A stretch of 64,000 nt of DNA from Amoebophrya sp. A120 (Eukaryota > Protista > Dinoflagellata). Positions 62,604 through 64,000 of this stretch are shown here, piece after piece. The notes under the pieces were generated by a model. The model did no database searches. It was not told the origin of the DNA and saw only the letters and a list, made by a program, of their open reading frames with translations. The position numbers and the translations under genes were made by a program. Every line of letters starts with the position of its first letter. The stretch's first letter is position 1. Location: contig CAJINV010000003.1 of assembly GCA_905178155.1 (NCBI GenBank), positions 6,420,648 through 6,484,647 of the forward strand, in the 5' to 3' direction.

Positions 62604-63060
62604 GTGGCCGCTGGCCGTTTGCGATTTGGCCGTTGCTTGGCCGTTTGCGATTTGGCCGTTGGCCGTTTGCGATTTGGCCGTTGGCCGTTTGCGATTTGGC
62701 CGTTTGCGATTTGGCCGTTGGCCGTTTGCGATTTGGCCGTTGGCCGTTTGCGATTTGGCCGTTGGCCGTCTGCGATTTGGCCGTGTGCGATTTGGCTGCC
62801 TGTTGGCCGTGTGCGATTTGGCTGTTGGCCGTTTGCGATTTGGCCGCTGGCCGTTTGCGATTTGGCCGCTGGCCGTTTGCGATTTGGCCGTTGGCCGTTT
62901 GCGATTTGGCCGTTGGCCGTTTGCGATTTGGCCGCTGGCCGTTTGCGATTTGGCCGTTGGCCGTTGGCCGTTTGCGATTTGGCCGTTGGCCGTACGTTGG
63001 CCGTTGCCCGTTTGCGATTTGGCCGTTGGCCGTCTGCGATTTGGCCGGTTGCCGTTGGCT
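62604..63060. repeat. 22-bp minisatellite (TTGGCCGTTTGCGATTTGGCCG)n
   Basis: Seen directly; about 20 near-perfect copies with 15-bp variants. Confidence 0.95.
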
Positions 63061-64000
63061 GTTGGACGGTGAGCGATTTCGCAAATCGCAACAGCTTTAA
63101 AAAGTTTGAAAAGTGTGAAAAACTCTTCGGCGTGGGCGATTTTCCTCCCTGTTGCAAAATTTTAACTGCCCCTGCTCAGCAATAGGAGTTACAAGGCTGC
63201 AGCTTATGTCGCGTAGTGGGAGGGTGAACGAGTGGACAGGGGGGAAAGAAAAACGCCAGAGGGTGGGCAAGGGAGAAAATTTTTGATGCAGGACGGGGCC
63301 AGGCATCTGCGCCGCTTCTTGCCGAACGAACGAAGGCGGAGCGCCATGGGGCGCCCGTGGTTCCCGTCGTTGCGCGAGCGCGAGGACCCCGCCCGCACTG
63401 GGCGCGCGTTTGCGTGGCGGCAAGCCTGAGGCCCAAGCAACAACGCAAAGCGCGGCAGCGGGCGGGCGCCATTGGACGGGGGAAGGAAGCAAGGGGACTA
63501 ATAGTCCGCGCCATGCGAGGCGCTGGCACGCCCCTGTGTGCACCGCCCCTGCGCGCCTTGGTGCCCCCCCGCCCTTCTCCCGCACGCAGCCTTGCAGAGA
63601 AGGGACTCGCTGATGCCCCTGCCGCGCGCGTGGATGGAGGCCGGGCGCCGGGGCGGGGCAGCCATTGCCCCCCAGGCCCAGGGGCCCACCACCCTCCCCC
63701 AGCACCCCCGGACAACAACGGCGCCCCCCGCGTTAGCTCGCGCGAAATCTGCCCCGCCCCCGTCTGCTTCCCTCGCGCGCACCCTCCAAGACAGAGACGG
63801 CGGACGGTGGCGCCCTCTGCCGGCCTCCTCGTGAGCAGAGGCAGGCAGGGGGGGCGCCGGGGGAGGGTGGTGGGCAGCTGCTCGCCTGCAAGCCTGGTGC
63901 TTGCTGGGGCGCGGTTTCCCCTTCGCGAACAGAGGGAGGGCGCCGGGGGAGGGCGGTGGGCAGCTGCTCGCCTGGTGCTAGGCCGCCGGCGCCGTTTCCA

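Larger units (their letters stand above)
60731..64000. repeat. Compound repeat: diverged GC-rich blocks at 60731.. and 63189.. (offset 2458 bp) enclosing three minisatellites
   Basis: Both blocks start TTACAAGGCYGCAGCTTATGTCGCGTAGTGGGAGGGTGAACGAGTGGACAGGGGGGAAAG; the second runs off the window. Confidence 0.9.

Noticed and set aside
62604-63060. 22-bp array as a CRISPR array
   Set aside because: No unique spacers, no cas genes, and a eukaryotic context; it is a minisatellite.
60604-63834. Long ORFs on both strands in the terminal repeat
   Set aside because: Products are translations of GC-rich or satellite DNA, open in many frames.

Overview
Eukaryotic, intron-rich genomic DNA with all recognisable genes on the + strand. 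Two perfect dinoflagellate spliced-leader (SL) copies and many inverted-repeat introns point to a dinoflagellate, most likely the parasite Amoebophrya (inference). Genes in order: 3' part of UTP10/HEATR1; a two-TM membrane protein; a secreted protein with two internal repeats; a CCHC zinc-knuckle protein; a full-length axonemal (outer-arm beta-type) dynein heavy chain; an intronless SL-preceded putative retrogene; an FkbM methyltransferase; a very large PDE12/CCR4-family nuclease with PAM2 motifs; a broken GT77-like glycosyltransferase split by a 3.9-kb patchwork insertion (FkbM and SOUL gene fragments, 1373-bp tandem duplication); and a compound satellite. The main signal is a set of about 11 MITE-like elements inside coding sequence. 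They have TAT...ATA inverted termini and 5-bp target-site duplications (TSDs), and removing an element plus one TSD restores the reading frame, usually without an AG acceptor. Two element families occur in both orientations relative to their host genes. All alignments and exon models were made by eye.
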